Assembly: GCA_015486535.1 (NCBI GenBank)
Contig: WFRK01000026.1
Span: forward strand, 1 to 51,567
DNA length: 51,567 nucleotides
Direction of reading: 5' to 3'
From: Candidatus Microgenomates bacterium
Lineage (GTDB): Bacteria > Patescibacteriota > Microgenomatia > UBA1400 > PJMF01
Both the position numbers and the translations under genes were made by a program. This document shows positions 17,125-25,721 of the stretch, in pieces. Each line of letters opens with the position of its first letter. The stretch's first letter is position 1. Under the pieces are notes generated by a model, which saw only the letters and a list, made by a program, of their open reading frames with translations, ran no database searches and had not been told where the DNA came from.

Positions 17125-17166
17125 GACCTAATCATAGCACTAATTAGGGACTGATCAAGGACTAAA
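17125..17166 (-). promoter_or_regulatory. TA promoter with phased repeats (putative antitoxin operator)
   Basis: TTGATC-N16-TATGAT (extended TG), 6 nt before the ATG. Four imperfect T(T/C)AGTCC-like repeats at about 11-bp spacing. Confidence 0.55.
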
Positions 17167-17206
17167 TTGAGATTTTTAGTTAAGTGATTGATGTTAAAAT
17201 ATGTTT

Positions 17207-18376
17207 ATGGCAAAAAACAAACCCAGAACCTACTACATCAAGACTTATGGTTGTCAGTATAACAAGGCTGATTCGGAGAGAATCGCCGCTGATTACCAAG
17301 CGCGTGGTATGGTTGAGATTGACAACTGGCGCGAAGCTGATGAAGTTGTGATTAATACTTGTGCTGTGCGCCAGTCAGCAGAGGATCGAGTTCACGGATT
17401 TTTGAATAATATCAAAATTTATTTAGCTGAAAATCAAAAGCCGAAGCCTAAATTGATTCTAACTGGTTGCATGACTCATTATGGAAGTGAAAAACTTTTG
17501 GAGATGTTACCAATGATTGACGAAGTTTTGCCGGTGAATGAAGTTGGTTTTAATTATCAGGCTTTGCGCAAGGACAAACATCATGCCTTTGTGCAGATTT
17601 CGACCGGTTGTAACTCATTTTGTACTTATTGTATTGTGCCTTACTCTCGGGGGCGAGAACGGTCACGTCCATTTGCGGAAATAATCAAGGAGATAAAGTT
17701 ACTGGCTGATCAGGGCTATACGGAAATCACTTTAGTGGGGATGAATGTTAATTCTTGGGGATTGGAAAAAGTGGGTGTGCCCTTAAGGAAGATGTTGATG
17801 GACCGAGGGAAAAAGATTTTACCGAGCGACTTACCGGAAAATGCCAGTCAATATTTGAAACCAAATGGTACACCACCATTTGTAAAGTTGCTACAAGCGA
17901 TTTCCGAATTTGATCAGATTAAAAAAATTCGTTTTTTAACTAGTAACCCGTGGGATTTTCACGATGAGCTAATCAAGGAAGTTGGCAAAAATAAAAAAAT
18001 CGATCGTTACGTGCATTTGCCGGTTCAATCTGGCAGCAATAGTGTGTTGCAACGGATGAATCGCGGTTATACGCGTGAAAGTTATTTGACTGTGGTCAAA
18101 AAGTTAAAGCAAGCTGATGAAAACATTACTATCGGCACCGATATCATTGTTGGCTTTCCGGGTGAAACAGAAGCGGAATTTCAAGAAACGGTGTCCTTGG
18201 CGAAACAAATTGATTTCAAAATCGCTTTTGTGGCCATGTACTCACCTCGACCAGGTACCGTTGCTTGGCGACTTTATGAGGATGATATTCCACACAAAGA
18301 AAAGAAACGCCGTTGGCTTATTTTGGATCGATTAATCAACAGGAAACACCTTAATGAACGACCGAAAATTGTCTGA
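17207..18376 (+). CDS. miaB: tRNA methylthiotransferase MiaB (no TRAM domain)
   Basis: UPF0004 cysteines (TYGCQYN, NTCAVR, TGC), radical SAM CNSFCTYC, HLPVQSGS and DIIVGFPGET. Overlaps miaA. The alternative start is 17201. Confidence 0.9.
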   Translation: MAKNKPRTYYIKTYGCQYNKADSERIAADYQARGMVEIDNWREADEVVINTCAVRQSAEDRVHGFLNNIKIYLAENQKPKPKLILTGCMTHYGSEKLLEMLPMIDEVLPVNEVGFNYQALRKDKHHAFVQISTGCNSFCTYCIVPYSRGRERSRPFAEIIKEIKLLADQGYTEITLVGMNVNSWGLEKVGVPLRKMLMDRGKKILPSDLPENASQYLKPNGTPPFVKLLQAISEFDQIKKIRFLTSNPWDFHDELIKEVGKNKKIDRYVHLPVQSGSNSVLQRMNRGYTRESYLTVVKKLKQADENITIGTDIIVGFPGETEAEFQETVSLAKQIDFKIAFVAMYSPRPGTVAWRLYEDDIPHKEKKRRWLILDRLINRKHLNERPKIV

Positions 18377-19319
18377 TCAATTAACCCGGTTGACTAAACC
18401 AGAACGGCCTATTTTTGCCGTTATTGGTCCAACCGCTTCCGGCAAGACGAGTCGCGCCTTGGCATTAGCCGATAATCTATTGGCTGATTACCAGGGTGTT
18501 AATTTAATTTCGGTCGATTCACGCCAAGTTTATCGAGGTTTAGAAATTTTGACCGGCGCAGATGTACCTAAAAAATTTAAGCAAGTAGATAATTTCAGTC
18601 TCCTTCCCCACCCTTTTTATCAACACCAAAAAAAGTCAATAAGACTGCATGGCATCAGTATTGTTGATCTAAAAAAAGATTGGTCGGTGAGCCATTTTCT
18701 CGATTTTGCAAGCTACATCATTGATTGGTCGGTTAAACACAAGCGGGCGGTAATTTTAGTTGGTGGTACCGGCTTATATCATCGCCAATTGCGTTTACTG
18801 CTTGAAGGCAAAGAGATGATTGACGTGCCACCAAACCCAGAGATTAGAGAAAAAGCGGAAAAAATGTCGGTACGTCAGTTGCAGAATTGGTTGAAAGAAG
18901 TTGACAAAGAGAAATTGGCGAGGATGAATCAGTCTGATAAAAATAATCCGCGCCGGTTAATTCGGGCAATTGAGATAGCAAGCACCCCTTTACCTTCCAG
19001 AATTTCATTAAAGACCCAGTGGCAGAGGAAATTTGACTATCAAATGATATCAGTTTTTCCGGACAATCTTGATCAGTTAAAAGTAAAGATTAGAAAACGA
19101 GTGATCGGAAGATTAAACAATGGTGTTGTTGAGGAAGTAAAACACTTGTTGAGACTTGATTTATCTCCTACCAGTCAAGTGATGACCACGTTAGGTGTGC
19201 CGGAAATGAGGCAGTTTTTGATTGGTAAGTTGACAAAGGCAGAATTAATTGATCTATGGGCACTACATGAATTCCAATATGCTAAAAGGCAGCTGGTTTG
19301 GTGGAGGAAACACCTGTAG
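18354..19319 (+). CDS. miaA: tRNA dimethylallyltransferase MiaA
   Basis: GPTASGKT, ISVDSRQVYRGL, VGGTGLY, N.RRLIRAIEI and YAKRQLVW. Confidence 0.93.
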   Translation: MNDRKLSDQLTRLTKPERPIFAVIGPTASGKTSRALALADNLLADYQGVNLISVDSRQVYRGLEILTGADVPKKFKQVDNFSLLPHPFYQHQKKSIRLHGISIVDLKKDWSVSHFLDFASYIIDWSVKHKRAVILVGGTGLYHRQLRLLLEGKEMIDVPPNPEIREKAEKMSVRQLQNWLKEVDKEKLARMNQSDKNNPRRLIRAIEIASTPLPSRISLKTQWQRKFDYQMISVFPDNLDQLKVKIRKRVIGRLNNGVVEEVKHLLRLDLSPTSQVMTTLGVPEMRQFLIGKLTKAELIDLWALHEFQYAKRQLVWWRKHL

Positions 19320-19396
19320 CTAGAACAGCCATGCATCAAAGCTTTACTAGCTTGATGAGTAAAACCAACATAGATTATTTAGTCCTTTAAGTTTTC

Positions 19397-19425
19397 TTGA
19401 GAATAATGCTATTTTATAGTATAAT
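19397..19425 (+). promoter_or_regulatory. Sigma70 promoter of rnpB
   Basis: TTGAGA-N17-TATAAT, ending 7 nt before the P1 helix. Confidence 0.75.
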
Positions 19426-19432
19426 TATCTCT

Positions 19433-19764
19433 GGTTGTTCAGTCCAGACGATGGCCTCAGTTGGTTTATCCAACTGGGGAGGAAAGTCCGGACAGCAAAG
19501 CGCGGGGTGCCCGGTGAAAACCGGGGCTTTCGACTCAAATCGAAATGACAGTTAGAGCCACAGTGACGATCCGGGTAGCGCCGGGTGAAACGGCCCAAGC
19601 GATTGGGGTTTCGTTAAATTGTGAGATTAAACGAAGGCAATCCTCCCTGCTGCAACCGCCGAACTTCACCACAATGCAAGCGCTTGTTTTCTTGGTGATA
19701 AGGTCGCGGGCATAAGATAGATCATCGTCTGAAACACAGAATCCGGCTTATGGACTGGACGACC
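19433..19764 (+). ncRNA. rnpB: RNase P RNA (compact type A-like)
   Basis: GAGGAAAGTCCGG (CR-I), AG.GCCACAG, GGTGAAACGG and ACAGAATCCGGCTTA (CR-V). Terminal P1 pairing GGTTGTTCAGTCCA/TGGACTGGACGACC. Confidence 0.95.
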
Positions 19765-19823
19765 ACCTCTTTTTAGGTTATACTAAACACCGTATAATAT
19801 ACTATTAACTCAAGGAAGTTTTT

Positions 19824-20525
19824 ATGCTAACTGCTTTCAATACCCAAGTCTATTTTGAGCAGATGTTCTTGTTTTTGCCCAAAATTATTTTTGCCTTTTT
19901 AATTTTAGTGATCGGCTTTCTTTTGGCGCGCTTTTTTAAACATTTAACCAGTCGTCTATTGGCAAATGTTAATTTAACGACGATGGTTAAAAATACCCCT
20001 TTGGGTGAGTTTCTTTCCAGCAGTCACTTGATGGATAAAGCTGATCGCATGCTAAGCAACCTGGTTTATTGGTTAGTTTTGTTGTTGGTTGTTTATTTAA
20101 GTGCTTCAGTCATTGAATTTACTTCTTTAGCAATATTAATTTGGCAAATTTTTGCTTATATCCCCAATATCCTAACCGCTTCGGTCGTCTTGATCATCGG
20201 AGTCATTTTAGCCGGTTTGGTGGAAACGATGGTCAAAAATATGGCGCGCAGTTTTGATTCTCATAGTGCCATTCTCTTGGGGAAAATGTCTAGTTACATG
20301 GTCGTATCACTGACCATGCTAATTGTTCTGTCCGAGTTAGGTATTGCGCGCGAGTTTATTATGATTATGTTTATGGGTTTGGTCAGTGCCTTTGCTTTGG
20401 CTTTTGGTCTAGCTGTCGGTTTGGGAGGGCAACATTTAGTCAAAGAAATTTTAGGTGACTGGTATCAGCGTCGTTCTCAGTTTTTACCAGCAAAAGAAGC
20501 AAAGCATACCAAAGATAAACACTAA
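19824..20525 (+). CDS. Small-conductance mechanosensitive channel-like TM-helix repeat protein (CmpX-like)
   Basis: Two LPK/IPN-initiated TM hairpin repeats and C-terminal ALAFGLAVGLGG. Confidence 0.7.
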   Translation: MLTAFNTQVYFEQMFLFLPKIIFAFLILVIGFLLARFFKHLTSRLLANVNLTTMVKNTPLGEFLSSSHLMDKADRMLSNLVYWLVLLLVVYLSASVIEFTSLAILIWQIFAYIPNILTASVVLIIGVILAGLVETMVKNMARSFDSHSAILLGKMSSYMVVSLTMLIVLSELGIAREFIMIMFMGLVSAFALAFGLAVGLGGQHLVKEILGDWYQRRSQFLPAKEAKHTKDKH

Positions 20526-20537
20526 TTTTCCTCTTGC

Positions 20538-21143
20538 CTACTGTTTTCCCAGATGAAGTACTACTAAACAACCCGAATTGTGACTGTATGATTTGAGACT
20601 GTGGCAATCGACCGTTAAACCCATATCTTCATATTTTGGTTCTAGTAATTGCTGGTTGTGACGTTTACTTTGCATCCAGTCGTGGAAAGTATGCCAAGCG
20701 CTCGGTTGATCGAAGGCTAAATTTTCTCCCGCTAATTGATAATGATAATTAGCTTGATCAAAAAATTGCCAAGGAGCGCGATTCTGTTTATCTATGTGGC
20801 GCCAATAATGATATTTGATCATGTCGTTTAATTTTAGTTGACTGCTTAACTCAAGTGTTTGGTTTATCCTCAACGGACTTAATTTTTTCTCTTGACGATA
20901 AGCGTTAATCAACTGGTAAAGTTTCGATTTAAATTGAGTTTCTCGATTATTGGTAATTTTTGTTGATAAAATCGATGATTGGGTAGCCTGAGCTTTGGCG
21001 CTTTCATCTGCTGATTTTTCTTTTTGTTGAACAAAGAAAAATGGTTTTTTCTGATTCCATTTTATTTGACGCAGTCTGAACCAAACGAATGAACTCAAAC
21101 TAATTGTCAGAATAACAATTAAAAATTTTGTTGATGATCGCAC
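20538..21143 (-). CDS. CAP (SCP) domain secreted or membrane-anchored protein
   Basis: N-terminal TM helix, IN.YR....L.PL, AGENLA, WMQS..H..QLL and MG. Confidence 0.85.
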   Translation of the reverse strand: MRSSTKFLIVILTISLSSFVWFRLRQIKWNQKKPFFFVQQKEKSADESAKAQATQSSILSTKITNNRETQFKSKLYQLINAYRQEKKLSPLRINQTLELSSQLKLNDMIKYHYWRHIDKQNRAPWQFFDQANYHYQLAGENLAFDQPSAWHTFHDWMQSKRHNQQLLEPKYEDMGLTVDCHSLKSYSHNSGCLVVLHLGKQ

Positions 21144-21196
21144 TTTTTCAGCTTAATCAATTTATAATCAAAAGTATAGTAGAATAATGGTCAATA

Positions 21197-22198
21197 ATGA
21201 TAAAAAATCCAAGCCACCCAAAGCAGAAAAAAGTGGTCACTATCGGCGGTGGCAGTGGCCAATATATCTTACTTTCTGCTTTGCGAGATTTTACTGATCT
21301 TGATATTAGCGCCATTGTTTCCATGGCAGACAGTGGTGGTAGTACTGGACGTCTCCGTGACGAACTCGGTGTTCTGCCCCCGGGAGATATTCTCAAATGT
21401 TTGGTGGCTTTATCAAAGAAGCGCAATCGTTATCGAGAATTATTAATGAAACGATTCACTGATCCGCAAAATCAAAAATTAATTGGCCATAGTGTCGGCA
21501 ATATGTTATTGACCTTTTTGTCAGAATATATTGATGATTTTCCGGCAGCAACGATTGCTTTTGGCAAACTATTAGAGTCTCAAGGGAAAGTATTGCCGGT
21601 GACGATTAATAAAATCAACCTCATTGCGACCTTGGCCGATGGAAAAAAAATTGTTGGTGAAACAAATATAGATATTAGCCAAGAATCAAACCGGGCCCGC
21701 ATTGTTGATTTAGCTCTAAGTAGTGTTGATCACCAGAAGATTCAAGCTTATCCACCGGCGTTGGAGGCGATTGAGGAGGCCGATGAGATTATTATTGGTC
21801 CGGGAGATATCTATACTTCAATTCTACCGAATCTGATTATTCCACAAATGAAACAAGCGATTGGTCGATCGCGAGCCAAACTTATTTATGTTGTTAATTT
21901 GATGACGAAAAAAGGCGAGACAGATGGTTTTTCAGGTGATGATTTTGTCAAATTAATTGAGCAATATCTTGATCGAAAGATTAATATTATTATTGCCAAC
22001 TCGGCTAAACCGGATAAACGTATTTTAAAACCCTATCAGCTTGAAGGAGCCGAGTTGGTTAGTTTACCGGATGAAGATGTATGGACTCAAGCAAAAATTG
22101 TTACTGCTGATCTTTTGAGTACGAAGGGCGATTTGGCTCGTCACGATGCGAAAAAATTAAGAAAAACGCTGAAGAAGGTTTTTTCGAATTTTACCTAA
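21197..22198 (+). CDS. yvcK: YvcK/GlmR (UPF0052, CofD-like) protein
   Basis: VVTIGGGSG, DSGGSTGRLR.ELG.LPPGD, GHSVGN, GPG..YTSILPNL, NLMT..GET and RHD. Confidence 0.9.
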   Translation: MIKNPSHPKQKKVVTIGGGSGQYILLSALRDFTDLDISAIVSMADSGGSTGRLRDELGVLPPGDILKCLVALSKKRNRYRELLMKRFTDPQNQKLIGHSVGNMLLTFLSEYIDDFPAATIAFGKLLESQGKVLPVTINKINLIATLADGKKIVGETNIDISQESNRARIVDLALSSVDHQKIQAYPPALEAIEEADEIIIGPGDIYTSILPNLIIPQMKQAIGRSRAKLIYVVNLMTKKGETDGFSGDDFVKLIEQYLDRKINIIIANSAKPDKRILKPYQLEGAELVSLPDEDVWTQAKIVTADLLSTKGDLARHDAKKLRKTLKKVFSNFT

Positions 22199-22266
22199 CG
22201 CTTGGGTACAATCTAATCAAAATTAATTAATAAAAATAGAAACAGACCAACTTAAGTGGTTGAATT

Positions 22267-22560
22267 CTAAACGAATCTGATTTCCACCTTTTTACCAAGC
22301 GCTAGCGCAGCGGAGATGAGGGTATTGAGGGTCAAAGAGGTGTTATGTGGGTCAAATAGTCGATTGACCGCTGCGCGTGAAGTTTTCATTCTTTTGGCCA
22401 GTGCCGTTTTTGATATCCCCTGCTCTTTTCTTAAATCTTCCAGTTCTAGAGCCATAACGTTTTTGATTGCCTTTTGGGTAATCTCTTCCCTTACTCCAAG
22501 TTCGTCAAGGAATTCGTCAAGGGTGCAGTCTATATTTGGATGAGAGTAAGTTTTTTTCAT
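22267..22560 (-). CDS. XRE-family HTH antitoxin (HigA-like)
   Basis: LDEFL.E.G..EE...A.K...ISKTALAKRMKTSRAAVNRLFDP...LTL.TL. Lies downstream of and overlaps the toxin. Confidence 0.85.
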   Translation of the reverse strand: MKKTYSHPNIDCTLDEFLDELGVREEITQKAIKNVMALELEDLRKEQGISKTALAKRMKTSRAAVNRLFDPHNTSLTLNTLISAALALGKKVEIRFV

Positions 22561-22918
22561 ATTTTATCTTTCTTTTTAAAGCAAGTTTTATAAGGTTAGT
22601 TGGTAGTTTATTAGTTTTTTTAACAAAGCCATGTAGCAATACAATGCGTTTATTTTCTTTGTCTATAGTAAATATTATTCTTACCGTTTGCCTGTTCAAT
22701 CTCGATCTAAGTTCCCACAATTTAGGGTTAATTTTCTTTACCAGTGGCAAGCCAATTGGCCAGCGTAGTTCTAAAGTTTTGATGTCCTCTAAGATTGCTA
22801 ATATATTTTGCTTGTTAAGCTGTTTAAACCACTTACGTAAGATTTTGTTTTCTCTGTCGTCTTGATAAAGTATTGCTTTATATGTTGGTTGATGCCTTAA
22901 CTGTGGATACTGTATCAT
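22517..22918 (-). CDS. RelE/HigB-like (phage Gp49-like) toxin
   Basis: EDIKT....WPIG.PLV.K....LWELRS...R..F......VLLHGFVKKT.KLP, in toxin-first order. Start codon uncertain (see findings). Confidence 0.8.
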   Translation of the reverse strand: MIQYPQLRHQPTYKAILYQDDRENKILRKWFKQLNKQNILAILEDIKTLELRWPIGLPLVKKINPKLWELRSRLNRQTVRIIFTIDKENKRIVLLHGFVKKTNKLPTNLIKLALKRKIKYEKNLLSSKYRLHP

Positions 22919-22937
22919 TTTTGGTTCGTTTTGTCAA
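22909..22937 (-). promoter_or_regulatory. Sigma70 promoter of the HigBA-like module
   Basis: TTGACA-N17-TACAGT with extended TG. Its spacer contains the called toxin ATG. Confidence 0.6.
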
Positions 22938-22959
22938 ATTTAGAATTGAGAGGTTTCAG

Positions 22960-24465
22960 CTAGCGATACTGTAAAGCTTCAGCAATAAAATCAGTTTCTA
23001 TTCGATTGACACCAGCTAGATCAGCAATGGTTTTGGCGACCTTGATGACCTTGAAATAACTTCTGGCGGATAAACCAAGTCGTTTTGTTGCTTCGCTAAG
23101 AAGTTGATTGGCCGCTTCAGTCAAGTGACAGTATTTTTCAATATCTTTGGATAAGAGAGCGCTATTTGTCAAATAATCTGTTGATCGGTAACGTTTTAGT
23201 TGGCGTTGTCTTGCTTGAATCACTCGTTGGCGGATTTCAGCCGACGTTTCATTTGCTTGTTTCTCCTTTTTGGTCAGGGCCTTAATCGCTACGGCGGCAA
23301 CACTTAATTTAACGTCGATGCGATCAAGCACCGGTCCTGAGAGTCGTTGCTGATAGCGGGCAATCGCCAGAGGACTACAATGACAGCGTTTTTGTTTGAA
23401 ACCATAGTAACCACAAGGACAAGGGTTGGCCGCAGCCAAAAGTATAAAGGAAGCGGGATAGCGCGCGCTGCCGGCAGCGCGCGCAATTGTCACCACCCCG
23501 TCCTCCATCGGTTGTCTTAATGCTTCTAGAGCGGCACGACTAAACTCAGGAATTTCATCCAAAAACAACACGCCTCGATGGGCAAGAGAAATTTCTCCCG
23601 GTTTTAAATTACTACCGCCACCCACCAGACCTGCTTGAGAAATGGTATGGTGGGGATTACGAAAAGGTCGTTGATGAATCAGACCGGTCTTATAAGTCAG
23701 TCCGGCAATGGAAAAAATTTTTGTGACTTCGATTGCTTCTCTTTCTGTCAATGGTGGCAAAATGGATGGAAAAGTTTTTGCTAGGAGACTCTTCCCTGCT
23801 CCCGGCGGACCGATCATCATTAAGTTGTGACCACCGGCAGCGCAAATTTCCAGAGCTCGTTTTGCTTGTGTCTGTCCCCGAATATCAGCAAAATCTAGAG
23901 TGTGTTTCATCTGAGTTTGAGAAAATTTATGTGGCCTGAGACTTTTTAGTGCGCTTGCTCGGTGGTTAGCAAAGGCAATAAAATCATTCAGGTGTTTAAC
24001 CGGATAAATTTTGATACCATGAATGATATTAACCTCAAGTTCATTGGCCTGAGGTAAAAAGACACTTTTGAAGCCCATTTCCTTGGCCGCAATTACTAGT
24101 GGTAAAGCGCCACGAATTGGTCTTAAACTACCATCAAGTGAAAGTTCACCGAGGAAAATCGCCGTATCGGTGTTTAGTTTAATTTTTTGATAGAGTTGCA
24201 GTAAAGCGACAATAATAGCAAATTCAATTGCATTGTCTGATTTCTTCAGATTTGCCGGGGCCAGATTAACCACAGTCCGCTTTGATTTCGGTCTGATACC
24301 ACAGTGAAGTAAAGCGGCGGTAATACGCTCTTTTGCTTCATCAATCGCTTTATTTGGTAAACCGATAATGATAAATTTCGGCGCACCACGCACCGCATCA
24401 ATTTCGACTTCAATCTTAATCGGTTCCATTCCTCGCAACGTAGCGGAAAAAGTCTTAGCTAGCAT
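22960..24465 (-). CDS. comM: YifB/ComM family Mg-chelatase-like AAA+ ATPase
   Basis: GLP...I.EAKERI, VNLAPA, GELSLDG, GGHN.MMIGPPGAGKS, RPFRNPHHT, GVLFLDE, NPCPCG and LSAR...KV.KVA.TIADL. Confidence 0.93.
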   Translation of the reverse strand: MLAKTFSATLRGMEPIKIEVEIDAVRGAPKFIIIGLPNKAIDEAKERITAALLHCGIRPKSKRTVVNLAPANLKKSDNAIEFAIIVALLQLYQKIKLNTDTAIFLGELSLDGSLRPIRGALPLVIAAKEMGFKSVFLPQANELEVNIIHGIKIYPVKHLNDFIAFANHRASALKSLRPHKFSQTQMKHTLDFADIRGQTQAKRALEICAAGGHNLMMIGPPGAGKSLLAKTFPSILPPLTEREAIEVTKIFSIAGLTYKTGLIHQRPFRNPHHTISQAGLVGGGSNLKPGEISLAHRGVLFLDEIPEFSRAALEALRQPMEDGVVTIARAAGSARYPASFILLAAANPCPCGYYGFKQKRCHCSPLAIARYQQRLSGPVLDRIDVKLSVAAVAIKALTKKEKQANETSAEIRQRVIQARQRQLKRYRSTDYLTNSALLSKDIEKYCHLTEAANQLLSEATKRLGLSARSYFKVIKVAKTIADLAGVNRIETDFIAEALQYR

Positions 24466-24514
24466 GAGCTAGCACTCTAACAGCAATTGATTGCAAAAAG
24501 CGTAGCGTTTTTGG

Positions 24515-25567
24515 TTATAGATCTACTTTCCCTAGCTGTTCCACTAAACGATTGCAGTAGCCCCATTCGTTATCATACCAACTGACAACCTTAACTAAAT
24601 TACCACCAATCACTTTGGTTAACTCCAAATCAACAATACTTGACTCATCTCGTCCGACAATATCGGAAGAGACAATTGGATCGTGAGCGACAGCAATGAT
24701 GCCTTTAAATCGTTCGCTTTGACTGGCATCAATGAAAGCTTGATTAACCTCTTCTTTAGTTGTTTCTTTTTTAAGTAAAAAAACCATATCCGAAAGTGAA
24801 CCGACCGGAGTTGGTACCCTCACCGCCATACCATCAAACAATCCCTGTAACTCCGGAATAACGTTGGCGGTTGCTTTGGCAGCGCCGGTGGTGGTGGGAA
24901 TGATGTTTTGAGCAGCAGTTCTAGCCCGTCTAAGGTCTTTTTTATGCGAGTTGTCTTGAGTGTTTTGATCATCGGTGTAGGAGTGAATAGTGGTAAGCAT
25001 CGCTTTTTCCACACCGAACTGCTCCGCCATTACTTGAGCAACAGGAGCAACACAGTTGGTGGTGCATGAGGCATTAGAGAATATTTTTGCCTGATGATCA
25101 AATTGATTGACACCGATGACTGCGGTTGAAACATTACCTCCTTTAGCCGGAGCGGAAATAATTACTTTTTTTGCTCCCGCTCGTAGATGAGCGCTCGCCG
25201 ACTCTTCAGTCCGGAAAACACCGGTTGATTCGATGACAATGTCAACACCATATTCTTGCCAAGGCAATTTAGCCGGATCACGTTGGGCGGTCACTCTAAT
25301 TTTGTGATCACCGATAATGATGTAACCTAAAAGTGGGTCTTGATCTGTCACCTCTTTCTTTCCCTTGATTTTTTTCACCTTAATCTCTGTGTCAAAGACG
25401 CCGTAGTTAGTGTCGTATTTTAAAAGGTGCGCCCACTGATCAATCTCCATTGAACCGGAAGTATTAATGGCGACCAAATCAGCCAAATGACGATCTTTCT
25501 TCCACCATACCCTTGTGGCTGTCCGCCCAATACGACCGAATCCGTTGATGGCAAAGTTAAGTGACAT
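24515..25567 (-). CDS. gap: Type I glyceraldehyde-3-phosphate dehydrogenase
   Basis: AINGFGRIGR, SNASCTTNC, GMAVRVPT and WYDNEWGY. ATG 25567 follows AAAGGGA. Confidence 0.97.
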   Translation of the reverse strand: MSLNFAINGFGRIGRTATRVWWKKDRHLADLVAINTSGSMEIDQWAHLLKYDTNYGVFDTEIKVKKIKGKKEVTDQDPLLGYIIIGDHKIRVTAQRDPAKLPWQEYGVDIVIESTGVFRTEESASAHLRAGAKKVIISAPAKGGNVSTAVIGVNQFDHQAKIFSNASCTTNCVAPVAQVMAEQFGVEKAMLTTIHSYTDDQNTQDNSHKKDLRRARTAAQNIIPTTTGAAKATANVIPELQGLFDGMAVRVPTPVGSLSDMVFLLKKETTKEEVNQAFIDASQSERFKGIIAVAHDPIVSSDIVGRDESSIVDLELTKVIGGNLVKVVSWYDNEWGYCNRLVEQLGKVDL

Positions 25568-25721
25568 GGTTCCCTTTCTGTGTTTAGTTTCAAGTTTAGT
25601 TATGTTCACATAAAATACCTTTAAATTTCTAAGGTATTTTGTTTACATAACAGCATACTCTTTACAGCATAGATTATTTTCGACCCATTTAATTAGACTT
25701 AAAACTTTTTGTTTTAATGAC

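Noticed and set aside
24470..24497. CIRCE-like half site (TAGCACTC) upstream of comM
   Set aside because: There is no matching second arm at N9 spacing, and it coincides with the likely -10 (TAGAGT).
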